Positions 32,925 to 51,268 of a stretch of DNA of 64,000 bases are shown here, piece by piece. The number at the start of each line of letters is the position of its first letter. Position 1 is the stretch's first letter. Both the position numbers and the translations under genes were made by a program. The stretch is from sequence record PP456879.1; one strand, written 5' to 3'. The notes beneath the pieces are model-generated. The model was not told where the DNA came from. It was given only the letters and a program-made list of their open reading frames with translations, and searched no databases.

Positions 32925-33488
32925 TTAAACAATCCTAGTAAGGTAGTAGTAAGCTATCGCACAAGCATCCATAGAGTGGTCATCTAGACTATCTATATCG
33001 ATGTTCCATGTGATGTCAGTACGAGAACGCATTGCTTCTTTAACATCATCTTTAGTAGTACCCTTTACTTTTTTCATACCCGCATTGATTTTAACTGTAG
33101 TAGGATCAATCATGTATAAAGGTATAAATCTATCATACTCGTATAATGCTCTATGTACATAGGTCACACATTCTACAAGTACAGCGAAGCTTTGGGCAAA
33201 CTTACCAAGATAGTTAGACTCTACAATAACTGCATGTGGTTTTTCAGTATGTAGTATATTTAGTACCACATCACTCATTTGCTGCATTCTAGTAAATCTA
33301 CTACCATGAACCTCGGAGATGGCAGCATATGCCGGATTTGTATCTTTAAGGTGGCAGGTAAATGCATTACGTACCACCTTATTACTTCCATCCAACTTAT
33401 CTTCCAGAATAGCTATGCCGAGGTTTTGTGAACCAGGGTCTAATGCTAGTACCCGAAATGGCTCATCACTCGCTGGAAGCTTAAGCAT
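32925..33488 (-). CDS. ruvC: RuvC-like Holliday junction resolvase
   Basis: VLALDPGSQNLGIA, VIVES, K..VK, D..DACAIA motif order. Confidence 0.85.
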   Translation of the reverse strand: MLKLPASDEPFRVLALDPGSQNLGIAILEDKLDGSNKVVRNAFTCHLKDTNPAYAAISEVHGSRFTRMQQMSDVVLNILHTEKPHAVIVESNYLGKFAQSFAVLVECVTYVHRALYEYDRFIPLYMIDPTTVKINAGMKKVKGTTKDDVKEAMRSRTDITWNIDIDSLDDHSMDACAIAYYYLTRIV

Positions 33489-33490
33489 AT

Positions 33491-34417
<927 letters not shown>

Positions 34418-34453
34418 TTAGTACACTGTACTATTGAGTAAATTTGTAAGAGT

Positions 34454-34473
34454 TCCCCTCCACATGGAGGGGA
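34454..34473 (-). terminator. Hairpin terminator
   Basis: TCCCCTCC-acat-GGAGGGGA. Confidence 0.8.
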
Positions 34474-34482
34474 TTTATGCTG

Positions 34483-34971
34483 TTAAGCAAATTTTTCAGG
34501 AGCACCACGTACCATTACACAGATCCATGATTGTCCATTATGGGAACGTTTTACTTCATGTAATTGGGATAGATGGAATACTAATCCTTCACCTTTTCCA
34601 ATTAATAGTTCCTCACCATCTAAAATGAACTTAGCATCAGGTCCAATATTCCAAGCAAGAATAGTACCGGACTCGGGTTTATCTACCCAATAATTCATCT
34701 CATCTAGAAATCCATCTATTTTGGGGAAATCTAAAAACCATACTTGCAGTGCTTTGTTAAATAGTTCTTCGCCTAAAATTGGCTTAATTTCTTTACGCTG
34801 TTTAGCAGTCCAATTAAACCATTTTGAAGTATTATAAACACTACATGCTTTAAGGCCATTAGTGCCAACTCGCATACGGTGGCCATATGAGTCTCTAAAT
34901 GAAACTTCGCCTTTAAGCTTTGTTAATGTTTTTAGTTCTGCCTTAGATAGAGTCTTAAGTTTAATTGCCAT
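34483..34971 (-). CDS. Degenerate 2OG-Fe(II) oxygenase/cupin-fold protein
   Basis: C-terminal GxGLVF...LHEV resembles its neighbour, but HxD and the 2OG-binding Arg are absent. Confidence 0.55.
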   Translation of the reverse strand: MAIKLKTLSKAELKTLTKLKGEVSFRDSYGHRMRVGTNGLKACSVYNTSKWFNWTAKQRKEIKPILGEELFNKALQVWFLDFPKIDGFLDEMNYWVDKPESGTILAWNIGPDAKFILDGEELLIGKGEGLVFHLSQLHEVKRSHNGQSWICVMVRGAPEKFA

Positions 34972-34979
34972 GTTGTACC

Positions 34980-35462
34980 CTACTCGTAGAGATATATAAG
35001 GACGTATCTTTTATTTTTAACTGGAGGGACTTCATGTGGCTCTGAACGGATTGGAAAAATAGTAGCCCTACCTGGTACATCCTGATAAAACTCACCATTG
35101 ATCGTTATACCATCGCCATTGTCATTTAATGCAATAACCATGTTGTAACGATAAACAGCTTGGTCGATGTGTTCAGGCATACCTGTACCAATTTCATATC
35201 GGTTGATTAGAACTTCGCCTAACCAAGCACCTTCTACCTTAGGTGCAATATGAAATAGTAATTCCCGTAATTCCACTGGCATTTGGTTATGACCTAAAAA
35301 CCAATAATCACATTCAGTGATACCTTTGGTTGGGATACTATTAATTTTTTTCCGATTAAACCACCAGGAATCACCCAGTGTATCCAGATAAGATACAAGG
35401 TCAGCTGCAAATTCAGCTGAAAACACGTCCCTGGTCGATCTTTCGTGGGCCGATAAGCTCAT
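34980..35462 (-). CDS. 2OG-Fe(II) dioxygenase (AlkB/prolyl hydroxylase-like fold)
   Basis: INRY..G..MPEHID (HxD), PHEV..VK..RYVL (distal His, Arg); likely start MSLSAH at 35462 with AGGTGG SD. Confidence 0.85.
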   Translation of the reverse strand: MSLSAHERSTRDVFSAEFAADLVSYLDTLGDSWWFNRKKINSIPTKGITECDYWFLGHNQMPVELRELLFHIAPKVEGAWLGEVLINRYEIGTGMPEHIDQAVYRYNMVIALNDNGDGITINGEFYQDVPGRATIFPIRSEPHEVPPVKNKRYVLIYLYE

Positions 35463-36015
35463 GCAGGCCACCTGCATATCGATGTGCTTTCTCAGCGTCG
35501 AGATCTTCCCTGGATTTATAGATAACGTCTGGGCTCTCAATTAGGGCCTCCTTATGCGCGCGATTAGTTCGTTTAACAAGATCAATATAATCAAGCATTT
35601 CTTCTAGTTCATCTAACTCTTGACCATATTTTTCAGCTAGCTGTTTAATTGCACGTGCAAGGATATTAATTTGCTCAGCCACTGGATAGCGTTCAGTAAT
35701 TTTGTAGGCCACTTTACTATTTAAGTGATCTTCAGTAATCACTTGTGGCGCTTCTTCTTTAGGAACAATCTTCCAATCAGAAAGGGTAGGTTGTTTACCA
35801 GGTGTATTACTTACGACTACATCATAAGTACCCATTTCTGCTTCAACAAAAATGGTGTGCTCACGTGACTTAGCATCAAATGCATCTAAAGGTAGATAGC
35901 CCACGCTTTGTAGGAATACCTCAGAAGTACGGTTAAACATTAATAGTACTTTTACTTTATCTTCAGTAGGTGCAGTAGCTAAAGATAGTTCTTGGAGTGA
36001 TAACGGATTATTCAT
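35413..36015 (-). CDS. Probable tail fibre assembly chaperone
   Basis: Start MNNPLS at 36015 (TAATG overlap); RYPVAEQINIL resembles the YPxxxEQL motif of fibre chaperones; follows the fibre genes. Confidence 0.5.
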   Translation of the reverse strand: MNNPLSLQELSLATAPTEDKVKVLLMFNRTSEVFLQSVGYLPLDAFDAKSREHTIFVEAEMGTYDVVVSNTPGKQPTLSDWKIVPKEEAPQVITEDHLNSKVAYKITERYPVAEQINILARAIKQLAEKYGQELDELEEMLDYIDLVKRTNRAHKEALIESPDVIYKSREDLDAEKAHRYAGGLHELIGPRKIDQGRVFS

Positions 36016-37406
36016 TATACAAGTGCTCCAGCTCGAATCATCCAACGCCATGTACCATTATTTCTAACTGCTACATATTGCTGGTAATAATAGGCTTCAA
36101 AGGGGGTATTAGTTCTAACACCTACAACAGCGTAAGTGCCTTCAGGATATTTGGTATTATCTGTAAACATCGTATTTAACGTGTTTAATGCTTCTGCTTC
36201 ACTATTTACCTGACCTAAGGTAATGGCTTTAATCTTATCTTTGTTCCACTCTTTAAAAGCTTCAACCCAGTCTTGCCAAGTACCATCGCTCGCTAGATAA
36301 TATCTCTCAGGGTCATTTAATATTGATGCATTACCTTTACCTAATGCATTCCATTTAAATACGCCACTAGTTACTTCTTCAGCTGGAATATCTTTTCGAA
36401 CATCATTCCAGAAATTCTGATATACCTTACCTGTTCCAGTAACTGGATAACCCTGACTATTAGTAGTAGCACCAATAGTGGTCGCATTAGCAGCTTGTTC
36501 ATTAATACCTAATAATGGAGTTATTTTAGAATCCATCACTGGTTTGGTATATGATCCAACTTGGTCAGCTGTGACAGCATGTGGGTTATTAAAGTTTTTA
36601 ATATGTGCTGCAAGTTTAGCCAACGTATCAATATTAAGAATACGATAAATACCACCAATTGGCATGTATTTATTATTTACGTTTCTATTAACTGATTCAG
36701 CTTCAGTAGCAAAACCCCAGTTGGATATCTTATCAAGCGGTGGAATTAACTTGAATCGATCATCAGCATGCGGATTATTATAATCAGTTAAGTGTGCTGT
36801 AACTCGATCTCTATAATCGTCCACAGCGGTTTTTGCATCAGTGAGATAAACTTTATAATAATCATCGGCAGCATTATCCATGGCACTTCTACCGACCCGA
36901 TAAGCGTGTGCTATTCGGTTTAATTCAGTTACCATTGTATCTGTGCCATAAATCTGCCAATATTCATGGCCGTGAGGTGCAGGCGGATATGCATCGGGTT
37001 TACCAATAATATCATCCCAAGTGAAACTTAATTCATCTAATTCAAGTTTATCAAAAACAGCTTTAAGTTCTAATGCTGAAATACTAAAGAAACCACCAAC
37101 TGCTCTATATGTAACTTGGACATTAGGACTAACATTAGGATCAGTTACTACAACAATACCCATTACTTCTAAGCCAGTCATTTCAGATAACTGTGAATAA
37201 AGATAGGTTGTTTTATATTGATCTTTGTTTAAAGATAAACCAGTCTTCTTATCACGTAGATTAAAGTCCTTAGTATAAAAACCACCATGTGTACACATAA
37301 GTACGCGATGTGTTTTATTATTGACTTGAATAAGTGTGTGATCCTCATCTACAATGTAATTAGATGCCAATTTAGCTTTTAGATCTAATGGTAAAAAAGT
37401 AATCAT
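36015..37406 (-). CDS. Tail fibre/baseplate protein, gp131 family (gp135-like)
   Basis: Shared N-domain, HxxxxxNPH repeats. Confidence 0.8.
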   Translation of the reverse strand: MITFLPLDLKAKLASNYIVDEDHTLIQVNNKTHRVLMCTHGGFYTKDFNLRDKKTGLSLNKDQYKTTYLYSQLSEMTGLEVMGIVVVTDPNVSPNVQVTYRAVGGFFSISALELKAVFDKLELDELSFTWDDIIGKPDAYPPAPHGHEYWQIYGTDTMVTELNRIAHAYRVGRSAMDNAADDYYKVYLTDAKTAVDDYRDRVTAHLTDYNNPHADDRFKLIPPLDKISNWGFATEAESVNRNVNNKYMPIGGIYRILNIDTLAKLAAHIKNFNNPHAVTADQVGSYTKPVMDSKITPLLGINEQAANATTIGATTNSQGYPVTGTGKVYQNFWNDVRKDIPAEEVTSGVFKWNALGKGNASILNDPERYYLASDGTWQDWVEAFKEWNKDKIKAITLGQVNSEAEALNTLNTMFTDNTKYPEGTYAVVGVRTNTPFEAYYYQQYVAVRNNGTWRWMIRAGALV

Positions 37407-38779
37407 TATGCCGGTTCCCCTATATTAGTCCACGTTGATCCAACTTTACGTAGGAATAGAGTATTCCTATAGGAAGTAGCTGTTGTACCATTGCCATGTC
37501 CAATAACGAATTCTTGATCGTAATGGCAAATAGCTAACGAACCAGGCCACCATTGTTCAGGATCTGAGAAGTATGTGTTATGGAAAGCAATTGCTTCTTG
37601 AATAGACTTAAAGTTGGTGTTATTCCAGTGGACCATCGTTCCTGTTTTTTGGAAGCGATTAAATATAAAACCGAAATGAGTCCATTGACCATTAGGCATC
37701 AATGTCCAATCACGGCCTGGCCAGGTAGCTGAATTACCAATCCTACCAGGTGCTAGTCGACCAGTCGTCAATACACTTAAAGGCATTTTAGCACGTACTG
37801 TTTCACCCATGCTATAAACATCTTGACCAAATAAAAGTTTAGACGTATTGGCTGTTTTACCTTTATCTAATTTTTGATTTAGTAAAATATTAGCTTGAGT
37901 AACAGTATACGTATTTAATTGTTCAGCCGTTACCCTGTGTGGGTTAGTGGTGACATCATTAACGTGTGCCAGATATTGAACTGTATAATTGGTATCAACT
38001 GATAACTTCATTGACCATGGCGTAGCATAGACATTCATGATAGCGCCATTTGGCTGTTTGGCTTGTGTTTCAGTTGCAATGCCAGCATTATAAACATTAC
38101 CTAATGCCACTTGCCCTTTACGTGTCTGGTGTGGGTTAGTGGTGGTATCATTGATGTGTGTAGTAAGTCGTGCTTCAATTGTATTAAGATCAGCTTCTAT
38201 TAGACTTAACTGATATTTAAACTCATCTAAAATGGAGTCATATGAGTCTGATGAGCTTTTCTTTAATAAGTCAGTTATTTCTTTTAACTTAACAACTCTA
38301 GGCGTAAAACCATAAAGTTCCCAATAGGCATGCATATGTCCATTAGGTTTAAATTGGTCAGGAATATCTAAAATATTAGACCAATGTGGTTTACGGGTAT
38401 TATTTAAAAGAGCGTTAGCATGCTCAGATATGGAAGGGGCAAGGTTACAGTATATACCACCGCACATCTGAGCATCAATGTAAATATCCTCGTGGACATC
38501 TTGTTTTGTAATAACAATTACTGAACACGCTTCAAGTCCAGTCTTCTCGATTACTTCTGGATTAATACCAGTACACTGATAATCCATTTCTGGATTTAAC
38601 TCATTCTGCCTACCATCTCTGATAACCATTCCTTTAGTGTAAAAGTAACCCTTATCCATCACGATGATGCGATAGGGGAATCCTTTCTGTTTTGCTAGTG
38701 AATGGTATTCACCCTTTGTTCGGTTACTATAACTCTCTCCAGTTTCATCAAATGGAAGAGGTAAAAGTAATGGATTCAT
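37406..38779 (-). CDS. Tail fibre/baseplate protein, gp131 family (gp134-like)
   Basis: LPFDxxG N-terminus, NPH repeats. Confidence 0.8.
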   Translation of the reverse strand: MNPLLLPLPFDETGESYSNRTKGEYHSLAKQKGFPYRIIVMDKGYFYTKGMVIRDGRQNELNPEMDYQCTGINPEVIEKTGLEACSVIVITKQDVHEDIYIDAQMCGGIYCNLAPSISEHANALLNNTRKPHWSNILDIPDQFKPNGHMHAYWELYGFTPRVVKLKEITDLLKKSSSDSYDSILDEFKYQLSLIEADLNTIEARLTTHINDTTTNPHQTRKGQVALGNVYNAGIATETQAKQPNGAIMNVYATPWSMKLSVDTNYTVQYLAHVNDVTTNPHRVTAEQLNTYTVTQANILLNQKLDKGKTANTSKLLFGQDVYSMGETVRAKMPLSVLTTGRLAPGRIGNSATWPGRDWTLMPNGQWTHFGFIFNRFQKTGTMVHWNNTNFKSIQEAIAFHNTYFSDPEQWWPGSLAICHYDQEFVIGHGNGTTATSYRNTLFLRKVGSTWTNIGEPA

Positions 38780-38790
38780 CTAAACTATCC

Positions 38791-40179
38791 TTATGGAATT
38801 ACCCAGCCACCTTGTGAACGGAAACACACGTAGTTAGGAGTATAATCAACGAAAATCAATCCGTTACCAGCTGCCTGGATTTTCTGTTCTTTAATAGTGA
38901 AGAATACAGTAGATCCAATAGGCCATGCATCTGGATTAGTGAAGTTAGTTCTACAGAAATCTAATGCTGCTTGCACGGATGGTTGTAATCCTAGTGCATA
39001 AAACTTTAACTTAACCGGATATGAATACTCTGTGGCTAATTGATCAAAGTGTGTAAAAATACCATTCCCACGGAGTGGTGCTTTCCATTGTCCCATTGCC
39101 CCGGAACCAATCCGATTTATATTGATGACATTACTCTGGCCATCGCCAGCTGTAAAGTTCACGTCTGTGTCAAAGTTCTTACGCATCCACCAAATAAGAT
39201 CGCTATAACCCATTAAAGTAGCAGTTGGTTGCCCTTTAGGTTTATAATAAACCATATTAGTATTAGCTACTGTATCAGTCTTTAAATATTTACCAGTAAT
39301 TCGTGAATCAAAATCACTTTTCAAATACGACTGTACATGCGTATTTTTGACTTTATGTGGATTATCACGGCGAGCTATGTGGGCATTAAGTGGTTTTATA
39401 GCTATTTCATCTAATACGCCATATGCTAACTGCGGTGTTAGATAATGTGCATTAGATTGACCTAGTTGAGCAATGGCTGGAGTAGCCAATGGAAAGTTAT
39501 TAACTAAACCTAGTTCAACATTAGTTGGGGTAATCTTGTGTGGATTAGCTTTATCTTGAATATGTTTTTCTAGGCGATCATTAAATTTCTTTAAGAACTC
39601 ATCATAAATCTCTTTAACTTTACTACGGTATTCATCTTCACCGCTTGTATCACCAGTCATGAGTGCCTGTGTTATCCACTCCATCTCGTTATTATAAGGC
39701 TGATACGTATCAAGATGCCATCGTTCGCCAACTAACTCACCGTCTTTCCAATATGGTTCGTTACCAGTGTAGTCGAGATCTTTTGGCTTTGGCTTACCAT
39801 TTGTTTTCCACCAGTTAATATAATCGTCGATAACTGTGAAACTAAACGCTAGATCACCGCCTACCATGTGAGCTGAAGTATACACTATTGGTGTACTAGG
39901 TGTTTTTAAGAAAACAATTGCTGAACATATTTCTTGACCGACATACGCACTAGCATCTTTGTGATAATAAGTAACAATATAATCAATATCTTTAACTAAA
40001 CGATTATATTTACCATCATAAACTTCTAACCCTTTTGTATAGAATCCACCATGATATAACTTGATGATTCTATAGTCGAATCCCTGATACTGAACTAGAG
40101 TATGAGGCTCGCTACCAATGAAACAATCTGGATTTGTACCTAATGGATCAAATGGTAATTGTAAAATAGGATTATACAT
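38791..40179 (-). CDS. Tail fibre/baseplate protein, gp131 family (gp133-like)
   Basis: LPFDPLGTNP N-terminus, NPHKITPTNVELGLVNN repeats. Confidence 0.8.
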   Translation of the reverse strand: MYNPILQLPFDPLGTNPDCFIGSEPHTLVQYQGFDYRIIKLYHGGFYTKGLEVYDGKYNRLVKDIDYIVTYYHKDASAYVGQEICSAIVFLKTPSTPIVYTSAHMVGGDLAFSFTVIDDYINWWKTNGKPKPKDLDYTGNEPYWKDGELVGERWHLDTYQPYNNEMEWITQALMTGDTSGEDEYRSKVKEIYDEFLKKFNDRLEKHIQDKANPHKITPTNVELGLVNNFPLATPAIAQLGQSNAHYLTPQLAYGVLDEIAIKPLNAHIARRDNPHKVKNTHVQSYLKSDFDSRITGKYLKTDTVANTNMVYYKPKGQPTATLMGYSDLIWWMRKNFDTDVNFTAGDGQSNVININRIGSGAMGQWKAPLRGNGIFTHFDQLATEYSYPVKLKFYALGLQPSVQAALDFCRTNFTNPDAWPIGSTVFFTIKEQKIQAAGNGLIFVDYTPNYVCFRSQGGWVIP

Positions 40180-40208
40180 AAGAAATACCTTTTAACTGAA
40201 ACAGCAAA

Positions 40209-40237
40209 AAGAGACACAGCTTTTGGCTGTGTCTCTT
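40209..40237 (-). terminator. Hairpin terminator
   Basis: AAGAGACACAGC-ttttg-GCTGTGTCTCTT. Confidence 0.8.
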
Positions 40238-40253
40238 ATGCCGGGTCAGATGT

Positions 40254-40586
40254 TTATAGACGGTCTGCTGCGTCATTAAATAATTTCGCAAGTGGACCGT
40301 ATATGTGCACTCGATTATAATCATCTGTCCGTTTAGGAGTCATGTACGTAGTGTTATTGAAACCTTCTTGTGCACGCTTCTTAGTAGCTGGACGATAGTT
40401 AGCCACATTACCAAGACCAATATCCGATGGTTGCAGATTATGTGGGTTACCTCTAGCTGCAATATGCCCATTGATCCTATTAATAACGGCTATGAATTTA
40501 TTAAGGACTGCCTTAGTAAATAAGCCTTGATTACTAATAGAAGCATTTATTTGAGCATCCATCTCTTGACGTGTAACTTCTGCCAT
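40254..40586 (-). CDS. Small gp131-family protein (gp132-like)
   Basis: HIAARGNPHNLQPSDIGLGNVANY repeat unit. Confidence 0.8.
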   Translation of the reverse strand: MAEVTRQEMDAQINASISNQGLFTKAVLNKFIAVINRINGHIAARGNPHNLQPSDIGLGNVANYRPATKKRAQEGFNNTTYMTPKRTDDYNRVHIYGPLAKLFNDAADRL

Positions 40587-40598
40587 TTTTAAATCCTC

Positions 40599-42914
40599 TT
40601 ATGGACCAGTGGGTGGAGTTGGTTCAATATGTTTCACACGTGTACCCCTGCCATTCCATAATAAGGAGTTATCAGGTGAATCTCCCCAGAACATGACTTG
40701 ATTCAAAGTATTTACTGTCACAGTGAAATTATGCCCTGCTGCCAATTGAATATATGGTCCAGCATGGTCATCTACGTCACATTGTCCATTATCGTTATTT
40801 CCGAAGAAAGCGATTTGGCCATCACCATACATCACTGTGTAATGTGTGTACAATCCTGATACACCACCAATTGGGTTACTATTTACATTAGCAGTTACAT
40901 CGTTACCACGTCCATCAAACCATAATGGCGAGATAACCATAAAGGATGTATCATTACCATTGCGGATGATTTCCATGACATGTACTTTACTAGATTCAGA
41001 TGTATAATCTTCAGGAGCAACTAATGGATCTATTGAATGCATGATGATGTGGGTGCAACCAATTGACATTGAATCAATAACATGATTCAATGGTTTAATT
41101 GTGTTGTTAACAAAATCATTAAAAGCACTAATGAAGCTTGGGATACCATAAGCTGTATATACATAGTCAGCACTGCTAGCTGGACCTATGTTTACAACAA
41201 CTGTCATTTCACCAGGATAGGTGTCTTCAGTATTGGTAAATATAGCCCATGGTTTATTAGCAGCAGGTACTAATAGTTCAGATGTACCACCTTTAACACA
41301 ACGATAAAGATCTTGGTGCTCAAAGATTGCTGATTCACCTGTTGAACTAAAGATGAACTTACCTGTTAACATATACAGAGATGTTTTATTCGCCCAGATA
41401 CTTGAAGGAATATTTCCATCTATAGGTGCAGTCCATTCTACTGGAATTGGTATCATCTCATCGACTTTAGTTTCATCGATACATGCTGACTTGGCTACAC
41501 CATTCTCTACCCAATACTGACCATATCGGTGAGATACCCAGGATTCCTGAGCATATCCTAAACGCTCTGGTATAACAGCATAAGGGTTAGCTGGCGATTT
41601 AGGATGAACTACACAGTCATCTCTGACAATTGTACAATCCCACCAACTATTAAATCCAGCATAAGCATGGAAACCTGCCGTGACACCTTGAATTAATTCC
41701 ATTCGGTCATATTCACTAGTATCATCCACAATAACTGGTAATGTATCTATCTTTAATTGTACATCATCCCAGTTAGCGTTATAGCCGGCTGCCATCCTTT
41801 CAATATCACCGAATGATGGGAATTCATCTTTCCATTGCTCAGGTGTTAATCCACCAAAGGTAGAAGCATCACCACCACCTAGTCCTGCCAGTAGTTGATC
41901 AACTTGTGTTTTAGTATATGCATTAACCTGGTCGGCAGTTACAACGTGTGGGTTATTTTCATTACTAATATGTTGATTAAGTTTCTCTTCTAGTTCATTA
42001 ATTCTAGAAGCATCACCAATCTGACTATAGAGAATAGATGCAGTATAAGGTGTTAATAATACCGAATCATTAGTTACGTCTACCGCAGTAGTTGGTGTTG
42101 CAGCTGGGTAGTTAGGAACATTACCTAAATTAATATCAGCTGCTGTTAGACCGTGTACGTTACCCCTAGCCGCTATGTGGGCATTAAGCGGATTTACGGC
42201 AAACTTATTAACTAATGCTAATGTACCACGTGGGTTCGTAAATAGATCATTACGATTAGCATCTAAATGCTGTTGATCACTTGCCATTGCATAGTTTGGA
42301 ACTAGTGACAAGCCAACTTGTGCTTTAGTTACCCTGTGTGGGTTATTATAATCATGAATATGTTGGTCAGTTGTACCGGCAGCCGCAGCACGGATAGCTT
42401 CTATAATCCCTTCGATACCTTCAAGAATCTCTTTACTACCTACTAATGAATCAATAGGTTGATTGTGTTCTAAAGGTGGGAAAGAAGCAGGTAATGGACC
42501 AATTGCACCCCATGACCGAATCAAGGGGTTATACTGTTTGCGTGCAAGCTCAGCCAGGATCTGCTGATTACTAAATCCCCATTGCCCACCTATTGTACGA
42601 TAATCCATACCAATCATAGCGTTTATCGAACGCTTCATGATACGTATAGATCCAGCGATAGGTCTACCTATCGATTCCATAGCTTCAATAAACCAATGCC
42701 CAATAAGGTAATCAACACCTTCTACATAAGTCTGATTGGTCAGTGGGTTAAATAGTCGTAATGAATCTACAAAGAAAGGTGCAGCAAATGGTATAATGAA
42801 ATAATAATCATCACCATCTGGTACCTGGAGAGTTTGGCGCTCACCTTTAATAAAGTTCTGGGGATTTGTTCCATTGGGGTCGAATGGATATAACCCAGTT
42901 TCACCGTGGGCCAT
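40599..42914 (-). CDS. gp131: Baseplate/fibre protein with a C-terminal beta-propeller
   Basis: 771 aa; YPFDPNGTNP N-domain, three NPH/NVH repeats, RCC1-like C-terminal blades (FFGNNDNGQC, LAAGHNFTV). Confidence 0.85.
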   Translation of the reverse strand: MAHGETGLYPFDPNGTNPQNFIKGERQTLQVPDGDDYYFIIPFAAPFFVDSLRLFNPLTNQTYVEGVDYLIGHWFIEAMESIGRPIAGSIRIMKRSINAMIGMDYRTIGGQWGFSNQQILAELARKQYNPLIRSWGAIGPLPASFPPLEHNQPIDSLVGSKEILEGIEGIIEAIRAAAAGTTDQHIHDYNNPHRVTKAQVGLSLVPNYAMASDQQHLDANRNDLFTNPRGTLALVNKFAVNPLNAHIAARGNVHGLTAADINLGNVPNYPAATPTTAVDVTNDSVLLTPYTASILYSQIGDASRINELEEKLNQHISNENNPHVVTADQVNAYTKTQVDQLLAGLGGGDASTFGGLTPEQWKDEFPSFGDIERMAAGYNANWDDVQLKIDTLPVIVDDTSEYDRMELIQGVTAGFHAYAGFNSWWDCTIVRDDCVVHPKSPANPYAVIPERLGYAQESWVSHRYGQYWVENGVAKSACIDETKVDEMIPIPVEWTAPIDGNIPSSIWANKTSLYMLTGKFIFSSTGESAIFEHQDLYRCVKGGTSELLVPAANKPWAIFTNTEDTYPGEMTVVVNIGPASSADYVYTAYGIPSFISAFNDFVNNTIKPLNHVIDSMSIGCTHIIMHSIDPLVAPEDYTSESSKVHVMEIIRNGNDTSFMVISPLWFDGRGNDVTANVNSNPIGGVSGLYTHYTVMYGDGQIAFFGNNDNGQCDVDDHAGPYIQLAAGHNFTVTVNTLNQVMFWGDSPDNSLLWNGRGTRVKHIEPTPPTGP

Positions 42915-43008
42915 GGTTGCCCTCCTTTAATAAAACGCTATTGCGCAATTTGTTAGCGTAATGATGTGAAATTCACATAGGATTGTCCAATCATTCCATG
43001 GAGACTAA

Positions 43009-44295
<1,287 letters not shown>

Positions 44296-44298
44296 CGT

Positions 44299-44330
44299 CA
44301 TAAGCCCTCCCGTAATGGGAGGGCATTATG
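44299..44330. terminator. Bidirectional hairpin terminator
   Basis: CATAAGCCCTCCC-gtaat-GGGAGGGCATTATG. Confidence 0.85.
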
Positions 44331-44341
44331 TTGTTTAGAAA

Positions 44342-47035
<2,694 letters not shown>

Positions 47036-47055
47036 CTAAATTTTAAAGTGAGTAA

Positions 47056-49236
<2,181 letters not shown>

Positions 49237-49243
49237 GGAGCGA

Positions 49244-50119
<876 letters not shown>

Positions 50120-50127
50120 GGTGTGTA

Positions 50128-50571
50128 ATGGCTGATACAAGAGCTGAATTAGTAGCTGCTTGGAATGTGGCTAATAAACCTAAAGATAATAATGGTAAGC
50201 CTAGGGATTTAACTGTTGATGATGTTGAATTTATAGGGACTGATACATTCTTAGCAACTGGTACAAATGCCAAAACAACAATGAGAGCGAAGACCAGTTC
50301 ACTTTATTTTAAAGGTGAGACAGTTATTTACTTTAATAGACGCTCTTTACCAGAGTACTGTCTTGGTATAAAAGTACCGGGTAAACCAACTGACTATACT
50401 GATAATTTAGAAGTAGCTGAAAAATTAAGAGATGTTTACGGTATTCCATTTATTATAGATGAGATACAACCGCAACCTATTACTGGGAATACGGTTACGA
50501 TACATCCATACTTTAATAACTTGTCGTGGATACCAACAATACCAGTAACTCTTGAATTTGAAAGCAGTTAA
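50128..50571 (+). CDS. Virion structural protein (gp126-like)
   Basis: 147 aa; IYFNRRSL variant of the same motif. Confidence 0.7.
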   Translation: MADTRAELVAAWNVANKPKDNNGKPRDLTVDDVEFIGTDTFLATGTNAKTTMRAKTSSLYFKGETVIYFNRRSLPEYCLGIKVPGKPTDYTDNLEVAEKLRDVYGIPFIIDEIQPQPITGNTVTIHPYFNNLSWIPTIPVTLEFESS

Positions 50572-50587
50572 ATAAAAAAAAATAAAG

Positions 50588-50621
50588 ACATAGCCCCTCT
50601 CCATGCGGAGAGGGGTTTATG
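50588..50621. terminator. Bidirectional hairpin terminator
   Basis: CCCCTCTCC-atgc-GGAGAGGGG with CATA/TATG flanks. Confidence 0.85.
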
Positions 50622-50635
50622 CCATTACTTAATTA

Positions 50636-51268
50636 TTACCATTCAACCTTAAATTCACCGCATTTAAATGACAGTTTATTAGATCGATGATCTCGCCCAA
50701 ACCAACATCCTTCCTTGGTAACTGCATCTGCGATTTGTGGTTTAACCATATTGTTTTTGTATGATTCACGAAGTGCAGTATATAGGGCTTTATGACATGT
50801 TTCGAAGAATACCTTATTAATAGGATTCTTATCATTAACTCGTGCTAGTGAATGTTTATCAAGAAGAGTGTGCATTCCAATTGAATACTTCTGGATAGTT
50901 TCTAGATCTTTCTTAAGCGCCCAGATACCATAAGTTACTTTTAGAGAAGTATTAGCTTTGGTTGATGGAATAAATGCTGATGGGTCATCAATCATTGGTG
51001 CTAATTGCTCAGTGGAATATGGATTATAAGAAAGATATTGTTGGCCATCCCAAATATACATATCCATTGTATCTTGAACGACATATAGAACTAGAACTTT
51101 ACCATTTGCCGGTAGATCACATTTTGTATTTACTTCTACAGTGTCATTAAAATCTGGTTTATAGTTACTATAACTATTCATCAATACCACATCATCGAAT
51201 AGTCCTGCCATATTCACCGTATTTTTGTTTAGTAATTCTTTAAAGAATTTATTCATTTTAGCTAGCAT
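50636..51268 (-). CDS. Hypothetical protein
   Basis: 210-aa ORF, AGGAG SD. Confidence 0.8.
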   Translation of the reverse strand: MLAKMNKFFKELLNKNTVNMAGLFDDVVLMNSYSNYKPDFNDTVEVNTKCDLPANGKVLVLYVVQDTMDMYIWDGQQYLSYNPYSTEQLAPMIDDPSAFIPSTKANTSLKVTYGIWALKKDLETIQKYSIGMHTLLDKHSLARVNDKNPINKVFFETCHKALYTALRESYKNNMVKPQIADAVTKEGCWFGRDHRSNKLSFKCGEFKVEW

